Source of the DNA: a virus
Taxonomy: Duplodnaviria > Caudoviricetes
DNA length: 61,194 nt
Strand: one strand, 5' to 3'
Virus record (IMG/VR): IMGVR_UViG_3300025117_000072
Span: 1 to 61,194 of that record
Position numbers and translations under genes: made by a program
The notes under the pieces: generated by a model
Told to the model about the DNA's origin: nothing
Seen by the model: the letters and a program-made list of their open reading frames with translations, nothing else
Database searches by the model: none
Shown: positions 46,295-55,875 of the stretch, one piece after another
Layout: each line of letters opens with the position of its first letter
Numbering within the stretch: position 1 is the first letter of the stretch

Positions 46295-48184
46295 TCAGGG
46301 TTCATTGTCCCAGGCATCAAACCCTTCGCATAGACAATGCCCCTCGATTGTTCCTTGAGCCGTGAAATCCCCGCCGCCGTTTTTGGTGATTACTATGTCG
46401 GTTTCTGCATCGGTTAATGTTCCCCCATATCCGGCATCGGCATGGGCGAAATGATTGACGTTGGTGTTCTGCGCCACTGCCGCAGCGGATGTGATAGCCT
46501 CTTCAGTCCCTCCGTCGTTTAGCTCCGCGTCCCACGTTTCCCCGGCTGCAAGGGCCGTTTTAACGTGCAACTGACAGGCTTTTACAATCCACCCGGAGGG
46601 GATGTTTAAATCGAGCGTTGCCGTTGCAGCGGCCGTGATGTCTACCGATGCAGGATATATTTTCCGGGAATATCCGCCGTGAGTATAGAGAGGGAACTGC
46701 ATGAACTCTCCGGCCTTGCCGAACCGCCATTTCACTACGTCATAGGTAGCTACATTGATATCGGAATTCGTTTGAGTTCCCAGGAACAGGCCGTTTGTTA
46801 ACTTGCACTCGATGACCGATGACCGCGCCCTTGGCATACCGAAAATATTCGATGAGCCACCCGCACCGAAAGCGACCAAATCCATTGCCTCGGAGTTCCC
46901 CTGCTCCAGCGATAGAACGTTGTTTGCAAGGCTCCCCGATGTTTTAAAGGTGATGTATTGACTGACATCGGAAGCACTGGAGATATACAGTTTTTTACCG
47001 GCAGAGAATGTGTCCCCAAGAGTCAGACTTCCGGGGATCTGTGCGCTGCCGCCAGGAACCGGTACTAAAACATTGGTCCCTGCCGGATCTTGGAGGCCGC
47101 TCCCGAGTTTGAGGTTGCCGTAAACCGTCTGGTCTCCGGTTGCATCTGTGAGCGCCTGCCAGGAGATTACTAGGGTGCCTCTGAAATCGGTGTGGGGGGT
47201 GATGACGACATTCGCAGTTGAAACCGCTGTGATGTACCAAGTATAGGTTGTTGACGCGCTAATGCTCGGAGCCGTAATTCCGCCCATTGTAAACGTAGCG
47301 TAAGAGGCCGTCACCGTGGAGACCACCACGACTTTATAGGTAGTTCCCGAAACAATCTGTGTAGCTGCGGTGGGTGTTGCGGTTCCAACTCCAGCGGCAT
47401 TTTTGTTGAGCACACTACCGGCTATCGGGGTTTCCCATCCTGCCCCGAGGGTCCAGTTGACCCCGGATGCACCAGAATAGGCAGGGGAGAGATCGGCCCC
47501 AAGGGTGGCGTAAACAATCTGGTTTGCGCCTGCGGCCGTAGTGCCCATGGATACGGCACCTGACACCCCGTCCACCTGAAGGGCATCGGCAGGCAGCATT
47601 ATCCGCACAGTCCAGGTCGTGCCGTCACATGAGCAGATTGCCACGTTCTCAGGCCCAATGGTTGCCAGGGTCGTAGGCGTGTCATCTTTGATTACGAGGT
47701 CTTCCCCCGCCCCGTTCGCTTGGTTGAAAATCAGGAATACCAAATCGGTGGAACTGGCCTCTGCCGGAAGGTTGACATCCCGGTCTGCTCCGTTAGGGTC
47801 CAATTTTTGAACGGGCAAATCGGAGATAAGCAGAGTCTTTGTGCCCGATAGGGTTTCGACGTTCTGATCTAGGCCGAAAGAACTGATAGCTTTTAATTTC
47901 GCCTGGATGTTTGCGGGGGTCGTGGCCTTTGTGGTCAAAACTCCGGCAAGAGTTTCAGCGTCACTCGCAAACGATCCTACTGACGGCGTATAGGTCAGCA
48001 CATTGTTCGCAATGGAGGTTGTCCCATTCGGTAAGGAAATCTTGTAGACATAGGAATCTGCCGGATTCCCGTCCGGTTCGGAAATCAATACCCCTAGCCT
48101 GTCCGCCGCGCCTGTACCCCAAAAGAGAAGGGTGAGGAGCAGTGCAGAAAGGTAAATCTTTGCGCTCTTACTGGAAGTAAACAT
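46295..48184 (-). CDS. Tail fibre/receptor-binding protein 2
   Basis: Thr/Gly/Ala-rich beta protein; C-terminal domain paralogous to 49325..51586. Confidence 0.7.
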   Translation of the reverse strand: MFTSSKSAKIYLSALLLTLLFWGTGAADRLGVLISEPDGNPADSYVYKISLPNGTTSIANNVLTYTPSVGSFASDAETLAGVLTTKATTPANIQAKLKAISSFGLDQNVETLSGTKTLLISDLPVQKLDPNGADRDVNLPAEASSTDLVFLIFNQANGAGEDLVIKDDTPTTLATIGPENVAICSCDGTTWTVRIMLPADALQVDGVSGAVSMGTTAAGANQIVYATLGADLSPAYSGASGVNWTLGAGWETPIAGSVLNKNAAGVGTATPTAATQIVSGTTYKVVVVSTVTASYATFTMGGITAPSISASTTYTWYITAVSTANVVITPHTDFRGTLVISWQALTDATGDQTVYGNLKLGSGLQDPAGTNVLVPVPGGSAQIPGSLTLGDTFSAGKKLYISSASDVSQYITFKTSGSLANNVLSLEQGNSEAMDLVAFGAGGSSNIFGMPRARSSVIECKLTNGLFLGTQTNSDINVATYDVVKWRFGKAGEFMQFPLYTHGGYSRKIYPASVDITAAATATLDLNIPSGWIVKACQLHVKTALAAGETWDAELNDGGTEEAITSAAAVAQNTNVNHFAHADAGYGGTLTDAETDIVITKNGGGDFTAQGTIEGHCLCEGFDAWDNEP

Positions 48185-48458
48185 ATGCCGTACCTCCTCC
48201 CAGGGTGTGCATGATGAATCCCTCCACCTCTAAGGGAGGAGAGTAGTCGCGCTCGATATCTCCTGCCGGTGAAGCTGCGAGCGACACATCGGTCTGCCGG
48301 ATATGAGCCGCAGCATCCTTGATCGTCATGGTTTGCCCTGCCGCTCCAGGTTTCCACACCACTTTTGAGATGTAGAGTTTATGAAAGACCCCAAGCAGGA
48401 CAGCCGATGTGCTTGCCGTGTCCAGAATCCAAACCTTGTCATTGAATGTGTTTGCCAT
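48168..48458 (-). CDS. Small putative virion protein
   Basis: 96-aa beta-rich ORF coupled to fibre 2. Confidence 0.6.
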   Translation of the reverse strand: MANTFNDKVWILDTASTSAVLLGVFHKLYISKVVWKPGAAGQTMTIKDAAAHIRQTDVSLAASPAGDIERDYSPPLEVEGFIMHTLGGGTAYVYFQ

Positions 48459-48499
48459 GTTCGTTTCCTTCCCTCGAATGGGTTGATCTCATGAAACCA

Positions 48500-48528
48500 T
48501 TGACTTTTATTTCTGACCGCAATATGCT
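48500..48528 (+). promoter_or_regulatory. Sigma70-type promoter for esterase moron
   Basis: TTGACT-N17-TATGCT; GGAGG RBS follows. Confidence 0.65.
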
Positions 48529-48546
48529 TTTACCGGAGGTGCAGCC

Positions 48547-49314
48547 ATGAAACTGAGACTCGTTCTGGTTTTTGCTCTTCTCCTTTTTGCTTCTCCTGCT
48601 CTTGCTGAAATCAAACTCTTCTCTCTAGACGGCCAATCCAACATGCGCGGCAACGGTGACAGCCAAACCCTCACATACGCGCAGTACACCATCCCGCAGA
48701 ACTGCGAAGTATGGGTCAAAGGCGTCCGGCTCAACACGTTCCTGGACGCTCCCAAGTTCGGGCCGGAAATCAGCCTGGTTCACAGACTTGCAGTCGCCTA
48801 CCCCGATGACACCCTGATTTTCGTCAAATTCGCCATCGGCAGCACGTCCCTCTATGCTTGGGACCCTGACTGGAGCCCCGAAACTGCTGCCATTACCGAT
48901 AACGTCAAACAGGGGGATCTCTACAGCCGCCTGCTCCGCTACATCGTAAAGGCCATGGACGGACGACAGGTAAAATTCGCCGCCTCCTTCTGGATGCAGG
49001 GGGAGCGGGATGCCAAGTATCGAATCGCCGCCCGGAACTACGGACCTAACTTCAAGCGCCTCATCCTTGCCCTTCGGAAAGACCTTGGCGCGTTCATCCC
49101 GGTCATCTACGGGATTATCGACCCTCCTATTCAGGATAACCGCCTCTATGTCCATGAGGTGATCCAGCATCAGCTCATGATGCACAAGCGCACCGTGGGG
49201 GTTTATCCCGTAAGCACACACGGTCTCACCAAGGACGGGACGCTCCACTATGACGGTCCCGGTCTCCTCGAACTCGGCAGGCGCTTTGCCGATGTTTATC
49301 TGGCTATCAAGTAG
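48547..49314 (+). CDS. Secreted SGNH/SASA (sialate O-acetylesterase-like) carbohydrate esterase
   Basis: Signal peptide; GQSNM, FGPE, WMQGERD, DGTLHY motifs. Confidence 0.88.
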   Translation: MKLRLVLVFALLLFASPALAEIKLFSLDGQSNMRGNGDSQTLTYAQYTIPQNCEVWVKGVRLNTFLDAPKFGPEISLVHRLAVAYPDDTLIFVKFAIGSTSLYAWDPDWSPETAAITDNVKQGDLYSRLLRYIVKAMDGRQVKFAASFWMQGERDAKYRIAARNYGPNFKRLILALRKDLGAFIPVIYGIIDPPIQDNRLYVHEVIQHQLMMHKRTVGVYPVSTHGLTKDGTLHYDGPGLLELGRRFADVYLAIK

Positions 49315-49324
49315 GGTCATCAGC

Positions 49325-51586
49325 TTAAACATTCGTCATTGCCGCATTAATCTCGTAGTAAACAATGGCCCGGATCAGCCCTTGCGCGGTGAAATTTCCC
49401 CCGCCGTTTTTAGTGATAGCGATATCGACCTCACCCGAAGCGATATCGCTATCTGCATTTGCATCAAAGAACGCGCCTACTTCCGTATTCACTGCAACAG
49501 CTTGCGCCGTCGCTATGGCCTGTGTTGCCCCACCCGAATACGCAGCGTCCCAAAGTTCGCCCGCTGCAAGGGCAGACTCCACCTGTAACTGCGTATTTAA
49601 GAGCTTGCTTCCTGTAGGGACATTTGTGTGGATGGTTATGGTAGCCGCCGCTGTGATGCTTGCCGTCGCTTCAGCGACTTTTCTGGTGAGACCGCCCGTA
49701 GTCCCGCCTCTATAGGTAATCGCTTTGTTCCCCAGTATCCTCCAAATCCAGGACATATTGCCGGTTGTGCCCGTGACAATGTAAATGCCCTTCGAGCTTC
49801 CGGCTGCGGCCTCTAAGATGATGTGACCGGTTTCGTCAAAAGGAGCGGTTCCGCCTGCACTGGAGCCGTAGATATCCGCCGTTGTTGAGTCTGTGAAAGC
49901 GGTATGGGTGCCCGTTGCCATGCGGTAGGTTCTAGCCTGGAGGGTTTTCGGTTTCCATTGCGTGCCATTGCTGTAATTTACCGCCCCGCTGTTGACCTCC
50001 ACTGGATCATTGCCCGTGATGTCACCAAAGACATGCAATGTGGCCCTATCAGCGAGATAGGAGTTATCTTGTTCAACACCGCAACCGAATACGAAGTTGA
50101 CAAGCCCCGAGCCGTAGGACGATATTGCGTAAGCATTTGTAGCCCCGTTCTGGGGGTATGCGTTGACGATGGTATTCCGGTTCGCGCCGAACAGGGATAT
50201 GGAGACCGGGATTTTCTGTGATGTGATGGTCCCCGTTGCCGGACTGACGGCAGTGCTGGCAACACCGAACGTGAAATGTGTCGTGTCGGCAGCCGTTCGG
50301 ACAACCGCATCTTGATTGTACTCGGTCTGGTCTGCCCCGGCGATCCTCACAACATCGCCTATCCTCAAGCCGTGTGCGGTTGCAGTTGTAGCCGTCGCAG
50401 TGCCCGCCGCGTGGGTCAGGGTAGAAACACTCACGGCGGAAAATGTCCCGCTGTCGCCTGTAATATTCACGTTCTGGATGTCGTGACGGTGCGGCCCTCC
50501 CAAATCGGCAGAACCCTGATAAATGCGAATAGGTGTATCCCCTGCCGCATGTATTCTGGCACTGCCGATCATATTCCCGTAGGAAGCGGCCAATTCGCCA
50601 TGTAACACAAGTCCATCTCGGATCGAGCTTGTCACCCGGAGCGCATCGGTTTTTATGTCTGTGGCGCTCAGAATGATGCCGTCAACGTTGGAATTCACAT
50701 TCCCGTCATGGTCTACATGCACCCCGCCAAGAATCCTTGACCTGATGCCGGTGTCCACAATGGCCTGACCGGTGCCGGTGTAATGGGCCGCTGTGAGGTT
50801 GTCGCCCGGAAAGATTACGGTCACATTTTTGTCAATCTCTATGCCGGTCGAATAAGACGCGTCCGCCCAATCCTCGGCATTGACCACGAGAGTTCCGCCA
50901 ACGGGAAGAGCGGTTACTATCTCGTTGATCCTGGCCCCGATGTCGGCAGTATCCCACCAGGAGCTATAAGCAACCCCCTCCGGTTCTGCAAAGGCAATGG
51001 TTCCCGCGCCTGTCTTGATGGTCTGTCTTGGACCGGCATCAATGTGGCCGGCGGAAGGGACGGTAAAGGCTTTGCCGGAAGCTGGAGCGAGAAGGGCACC
51101 GTTTTCGATTGCGAAGGTAACATTGGTATAAGTGGAAGCGTCGAACGATGTCCCGAAAACATAAGACGTGGTGTTCGATGCCCCAGTATGCGTGAGGGCA
51201 ATCGTCGCTTTCTTCGATGTCCCAAGGGCAGTGAGGTAATCGTAAATAGATGCGCCGTTTCCCGCCGCCCCGTGGTCGGTCTCGGAAGAGTCAGGATAGA
51301 GGATGTACGACCCTCCTCCACCGGCAAACTCCACATTGTCCAGCGTCCAGACCGTGACATCATCGCTGTCCTTCAGAACGAGCTTGTAGAGCCCAGTGCC
51401 ATAGATGGTGGCCTCTCCTCTATCATCCAGAACAACAGGATTTGCATTTGCCGAAGAGAGGTTCCTGTCGGAATAGGTAGCCTTCTCGGTTGTCGTCCCT
51501 GGAAGGTACGTATAGAGTTTTCCGCCCACCAGAAAGGTCTCGTCATCGTCAAACATCTGGAACTTGGGGTTGAGAATCAAACTCAT
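49325..51586 (-). CDS. Tail fibre/tailspike 1
   Basis: N-terminal head-binding domain (GGKLYTYLPGTTT...NPVVLDDRGEA), beta-helix-like centre, AHGLRIGDVVRIAG domain. Confidence 0.82.
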   Translation of the reverse strand: MSLILNPKFQMFDDDETFLVGGKLYTYLPGTTTEKATYSDRNLSSANANPVVLDDRGEATIYGTGLYKLVLKDSDDVTVWTLDNVEFAGGGGSYILYPDSSETDHGAAGNGASIYDYLTALGTSKKATIALTHTGASNTTSYVFGTSFDASTYTNVTFAIENGALLAPASGKAFTVPSAGHIDAGPRQTIKTGAGTIAFAEPEGVAYSSWWDTADIGARINEIVTALPVGGTLVVNAEDWADASYSTGIEIDKNVTVIFPGDNLTAAHYTGTGQAIVDTGIRSRILGGVHVDHDGNVNSNVDGIILSATDIKTDALRVTSSIRDGLVLHGELAASYGNMIGSARIHAAGDTPIRIYQGSADLGGPHRHDIQNVNITGDSGTFSAVSVSTLTHAAGTATATTATAHGLRIGDVVRIAGADQTEYNQDAVVRTAADTTHFTFGVASTAVSPATGTITSQKIPVSISLFGANRNTIVNAYPQNGATNAYAISSYGSGLVNFVFGCGVEQDNSYLADRATLHVFGDITGNDPVEVNSGAVNYSNGTQWKPKTLQARTYRMATGTHTAFTDSTTADIYGSSAGGTAPFDETGHIILEAAAGSSKGIYIVTGTTGNMSWIWRILGNKAITYRGGTTGGLTRKVAEATASITAAATITIHTNVPTGSKLLNTQLQVESALAAGELWDAAYSGGATQAIATAQAVAVNTEVGAFFDANADSDIASGEVDIAITKNGGGNFTAQGLIRAIVYYEINAAMTNV

Positions 51587-51609
51587 CGGTTGCGGCTCCT
51601 TTCCCAAAT

Positions 51610-51637
51610 AAAAAAGGACGGCCAAAAGACCGTCCTT
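51610..51637 (-). terminator. Terminator after ejection protein genes
   Basis: AAGGACGGTC-TTTT-GGCCGTCCTT-TTTT. Confidence 0.7.
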
Positions 51638-51667
51638 CGTGGATGAAACTGATATGTAGGTTAAGGG

Positions 51668-54451
51668 TTAATCGCGGGCAGCCGCCCAAATGCCTAATGC
51701 TGCTATGTGGTCGGAAAGCCTCTTTTCTGCAACCGGCACCCTTTGACCCTTAGCAAGAAACTGAAGGGTCTCGGCATACTCAGGGTTGAAAATGGCCTTA
51801 TTTATAACCTGATCCACCAGTGCGCGTTCGTGCTTTGCGAACATGCCCGCAACGGCCTTAATTGCTGTGGCCGACCTGCTTGTCTGTGCCAATGGGCTAC
51901 CAAGGACCGCCAAGGTCTGCATGATGTTTTCAGCCGTATCAGACCCCCCGCCAAAAGGAGACCTTTGGTTTCGGATCATGATCTCATAGGCTTTTTTCAT
52001 GTTCATGAGGGCATGAATCTTCTGTGGCTCACTCCTGTAAAGTTCCCGCATGGCAGGAGCGTACTTCTGCCAAAGAGCGTTAAACTTCGCTACACTCGCT
52101 GAAGGATTGCCCACTATGTCCATCATGCTCGTCTGAATCTTCGTGACGGCATAATCCCCGAATGCCTGTTTTACCCCTTCGGTTGCAGCCTGATTGCCCC
52201 TTGTAAGTTCAAGGATCTCACGGGCCGTCTGTGCTCCGTTCGTTGCCCCACGGCCTGAAAATAGGGTTGCAATGGCCTTTTCAGGGTCCACCCCTAACGC
52301 TTTTGCCGCCTGTGACCTCTCAAAAACCTTCTGGAGCTTTGCTGCTTCATCTACTGCGGCCTTTGCCTGAACAATGTCGGCATACTCATTCTCAAGCCCG
52401 TATTTGCTCAAGGCTGGCTTGTTTTTGGCAAGCCATGACATGAGCTTTCCCCTGTCGATTTCCCCTGTCATCGGGTTTACCGATTTCCGCATGAGGTCAT
52501 AGGTCGCGTACTCTCTGACTAAAGGAACGGCTTTTTCTCTGCCCACGGCAGCAAGGAGTTGATCGGCTGCGGATACATTCTTTGCGCTGAAGATCGAGGA
52601 AAGCATCTGTTCCGGGTTCAGCTTTGATACTTCGCCCTTTGCCCCACCCTGAAGGATGTTCCCCACTGTTCCGCGCTTAAACGTCTCTGCGTACTGCCTC
52701 CATTGCTTTGACGCCATGCGGTAAAGGTTTACAACGTCCTCCCCGTACTTCCCGGTATCGGCAAGTTGGTCGATAGTCTTTTCAACCACCTCCTGCATTT
52801 GGGCAAGCCTTCTCATCTTGGCAGGATTGTTCTTTGCGGCCTCGGAACGCATTTCGTTCAGGATCTCAGTCCGCATCCCGCGAAGTTCCTGAAACTTCAG
52901 CGTGTCGCCTGTGCCGTACTTTGCAACCTCATCGGCAAGTTGCTTCGGGAGTGGTTGCCCTGTCTTCGTGTAGGCATCCACAATATTCTGGAGTTCGGGA
53001 GGCATCTCCTTTGGTCCGTATTCCTTCAGTGACCGGCGCAAGACATTCGGATAATTGGCCTGCGACTCTACCGCGCTCGTCGGTTTGGCAATGGCCTTCA
53101 GTTCATCAATCATCCCTGTGGTCGGGACATCGACATCGGGGATACGGTCATACAACTTACTGACAGCCTGTGAGGTATGCCGCTTTTCAGTCTTCAGCAA
53201 CTCCAAGAGTCTGCCGCTTGCCTCTGTGGGTTCCTTGGCTTGCGCCATGCGGGATTCGATAGCAGAAGCGGCCCCTTTCGCCCCTTCCACGCCTTTTTCA
53301 AGGGTTTCCCGCTTCCCCTGTAGGGCCGAAAGCATGTCGTCGGCTCCGCTCTGAGAACTGAAATTCGTCTGGTAGTACGCTTTCAGGGCCTCATCATTCG
53401 ATGCTATTTGTTCCGCGCTCATCTGCGCTGCGTCCCCAGGCTTACGGATTTGCGCCCTTTCCATCCTGATTGCCTGTGGGTCATAGGTTTTCTGCCCGTA
53501 GGTGAACTTGATCCCAGGAATGGCCGCTTCGATATCCACGGCTTCCTGTGCGTTCTTGGCATAGATGGGGCCTTGGCTTGTATTCGCAACCCATAGGTCG
53601 CCAGCTTTTGACTTGATCCTTTCGGTAACGTGTTTGGAAAAAAGCCCCTTGCCTTGGGCGAAGGCCCACTTACCGGCCTTCATGACAGGCTGAAAGAGGA
53701 TCTTCCCTGCAATCTGCCCTCCTGCTTCGTATGCCGCCCCTGTCACGATGTCTTTACCAGATTCAACGAATTCCTCTCCCACGGTCCTTGTGGGCTTTTT
53801 CTCCCCGGCGAGATAGTCTATCCCTGATTCAACAAGTTCACCCACCTTCTTGCCTGCGGCATATCCAAGCCCACCGCCCACGACTGCCCCGCCAGGAACA
53901 GGGGATGCAGCACCAGCAATCGCTCCAGCCGTCAGTCCTCCGGCTTCAAGGGTTCCCCTCACGGCAGACTTCAGGTTCTCCCGCTGTGCCTTGCCTTTAT
54001 CCGGTGACTCATAGAGTTCATAGTCTTCAACTCCAAGGTAGGGAGTGGGTTCTTGGGTAGGTTTACCTGCGCCTGCCTTCGGTTCGGCGTCGGGGATCAA
54101 AGACCAAGGATCTTTGGATGGAGATGAATCTACTGCATCAGCAAAGGGAGATTTCCCAAGGGAAATCCTTTGTCTCGCATGTTGGACGGCTTTTTGAACG
54201 ATCTCAGGAGTGGGTTGTCCGCCAGACAGGAGATGGTTGGTTTCCTGCTTTGTAAGGGTAGGAACGAGAGATGGGATTTCGGTTTCTTTTCCGTCTAGAT
54301 TCACTCCTATTGAGAGTTCCGTTGAAACGCTCCCGTCTGGACGCTGAAGGGTTCCCATGAATCCAGGCCCTTTCGGTGAACCATCAGATCGCGTTCCCCA
54401 ATTAGTATTACTTGTCTCCGCCGCATTCGGTATGCTGTCCCACGGGTCCAT
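51668..54451 (-). CDS. Large DNA ejection/internal virion protein (gp16 position)
   Basis: 927-aa helical protein with Gly-rich hydrophobic segment; third of three ejection genes. Confidence 0.75.
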   Translation of the reverse strand: MDPWDSIPNAAETSNTNWGTRSDGSPKGPGFMGTLQRPDGSVSTELSIGVNLDGKETEIPSLVPTLTKQETNHLLSGGQPTPEIVQKAVQHARQRISLGKSPFADAVDSSPSKDPWSLIPDAEPKAGAGKPTQEPTPYLGVEDYELYESPDKGKAQRENLKSAVRGTLEAGGLTAGAIAGAASPVPGGAVVGGGLGYAAGKKVGELVESGIDYLAGEKKPTRTVGEEFVESGKDIVTGAAYEAGGQIAGKILFQPVMKAGKWAFAQGKGLFSKHVTERIKSKAGDLWVANTSQGPIYAKNAQEAVDIEAAIPGIKFTYGQKTYDPQAIRMERAQIRKPGDAAQMSAEQIASNDEALKAYYQTNFSSQSGADDMLSALQGKRETLEKGVEGAKGAASAIESRMAQAKEPTEASGRLLELLKTEKRHTSQAVSKLYDRIPDVDVPTTGMIDELKAIAKPTSAVESQANYPNVLRRSLKEYGPKEMPPELQNIVDAYTKTGQPLPKQLADEVAKYGTGDTLKFQELRGMRTEILNEMRSEAAKNNPAKMRRLAQMQEVVEKTIDQLADTGKYGEDVVNLYRMASKQWRQYAETFKRGTVGNILQGGAKGEVSKLNPEQMLSSIFSAKNVSAADQLLAAVGREKAVPLVREYATYDLMRKSVNPMTGEIDRGKLMSWLAKNKPALSKYGLENEYADIVQAKAAVDEAAKLQKVFERSQAAKALGVDPEKAIATLFSGRGATNGAQTAREILELTRGNQAATEGVKQAFGDYAVTKIQTSMMDIVGNPSASVAKFNALWQKYAPAMRELYRSEPQKIHALMNMKKAYEIMIRNQRSPFGGGSDTAENIMQTLAVLGSPLAQTSRSATAIKAVAGMFAKHERALVDQVINKAIFNPEYAETLQFLAKGQRVPVAEKRLSDHIAALGIWAAARD

Positions 54452-55857
54452 TACTTTTGCCCTCCAAGAATCCCCATGGCCTGTTTGATGGTATCCTCGT
54501 TCACTTCCTTGCCCCTGGATTCCAATTCCTGAATTGCACGGTCACGAAGACTTCCGCCCTTATCGTAAGAGGGAGTCAGATATTTATCGGGGTCGAGACC
54601 GTAGTTGGAAAGATACCCCTTGTACTCATGTAGCCGCTCTTTGTAGATCCTATCGGATGATTTCTTAAATCTCCGGGCAAGGGTCACAAGGGCTTCCCTG
54701 TCTTCTTTCGTAAGTCCCGCGCCGCCCTTCTGCCATGCCTCAATTTTACCCTTGATCCTGTTCTCAAGGCTCAGGTTTTCCGGTGTCCTTGCATACTCGC
54801 TCTCTCGTACAACAGAGTTCGGGTCTGTGATCTTGTTCCATGTCGTGATAATGGCCTGATCGACCGCCACAAAGTTCTTGGTCTTCTCGGCTTCCTTCAA
54901 TGCTTCATCGAGGTTGGAAACCTGCTTTACGATGGTTGAGTATTCCTTGATCTCGGGAAGCGTGTTGAATTCTTTTCTGAGGTCCGTTCCGGCCTTTCGG
55001 TTCTGGACTTCCCGCTGTTTTGCGAGTTCTTCGATGTACGGCGATGTCTCCTTGGTCTCCCGTATCCATTTGAGCCTTGCTGCCTTGTACTCGGGGGTTC
55101 CACGCATTTCAGGAACGAGTTTTCCGTATTCCGCAAGCTCAAAGTCTTTCAGGGTTTGACCGGCAGGATCTTTCGAATCATCCTTCTCCGGCTTTGCCAA
55201 GCTCCACCCCTTCGGCGGAACATACTCCTGTCCCTTCGACATGGGTACGCGCTTCGTCTGGCCTCCAGGACCGTAGAGGGTCGCCATGTCGGTGTCGGCT
55301 TTGAGCCTGTTCAGCGTGATTCCCTTCGTTTTGGCCCATGATGCCAGACTTCCGATCTTGGTAGTAGAAACAGGGCCGTCAGGAGTATTTACCGTTATCT
55401 TCTCGTTAGACAGAAGGGTTGGATCTTTCTGGATAGCTGAGTACATGTCGCTCACGAAAGAGGACGGCCCCTTGATTTCAAACCCCTCCCGCTCATCCTT
55501 GATAGTCACATCGGGGCCTACCCACTCCACATCAAACCCTCCGAACTCCTTGGCGAGTTTCTTGCCAATCTCAGGCGAAGGTGCGGTCATGGCCGTTACA
55601 TACTGCTTAGCCCTTTCTGCCTTATTTTTAAGTTCCGCCGCTTCCTTCTCCAACTCGAACTTCTCAGCGTCCCTTGTCTGCTGCGTGAGATAGTTCTGGA
55701 CCTGCGCTTCCTTCAGTTTCATCTCAGCGGGAAGGTTGGCGAGCTTCGCCTCGTTGAGCTTGCTTTCAAGGAGATAGTTCTTTGCCTGTGCAGCCTTCGT
55801 GAAAGCCGAGGCAGGATCGGGCGCTAGATAATTCGTGTTCAGTGCGGGAACTGGCAT
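54451..55857 (-). CDS. DNA ejection protein (gp20 position)
   Basis: KITDPNSVVRESE motif; synteny. Confidence 0.7.
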   Translation of the reverse strand: MPVPALNTNYLAPDPASAFTKAAQAKNYLLESKLNEAKLANLPAEMKLKEAQVQNYLTQQTRDAEKFELEKEAAELKNKAERAKQYVTAMTAPSPEIGKKLAKEFGGFDVEWVGPDVTIKDEREGFEIKGPSSFVSDMYSAIQKDPTLLSNEKITVNTPDGPVSTTKIGSLASWAKTKGITLNRLKADTDMATLYGPGGQTKRVPMSKGQEYVPPKGWSLAKPEKDDSKDPAGQTLKDFELAEYGKLVPEMRGTPEYKAARLKWIRETKETSPYIEELAKQREVQNRKAGTDLRKEFNTLPEIKEYSTIVKQVSNLDEALKEAEKTKNFVAVDQAIITTWNKITDPNSVVRESEYARTPENLSLENRIKGKIEAWQKGGAGLTKEDREALVTLARRFKKSSDRIYKERLHEYKGYLSNYGLDPDKYLTPSYDKGGSLRDRAIQELESRGKEVNEDTIKQAMGILGGQK

Positions 55858-55875
55858 CTGTCAAACCTCCCATCA

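Noticed and set aside
46295-51586. Diversity-generating retroelement acting on the duplicated fibre C-termini
   Set aside because: No reverse transcriptase in the genome, and the two copies differ at all base types rather than only at adenines.
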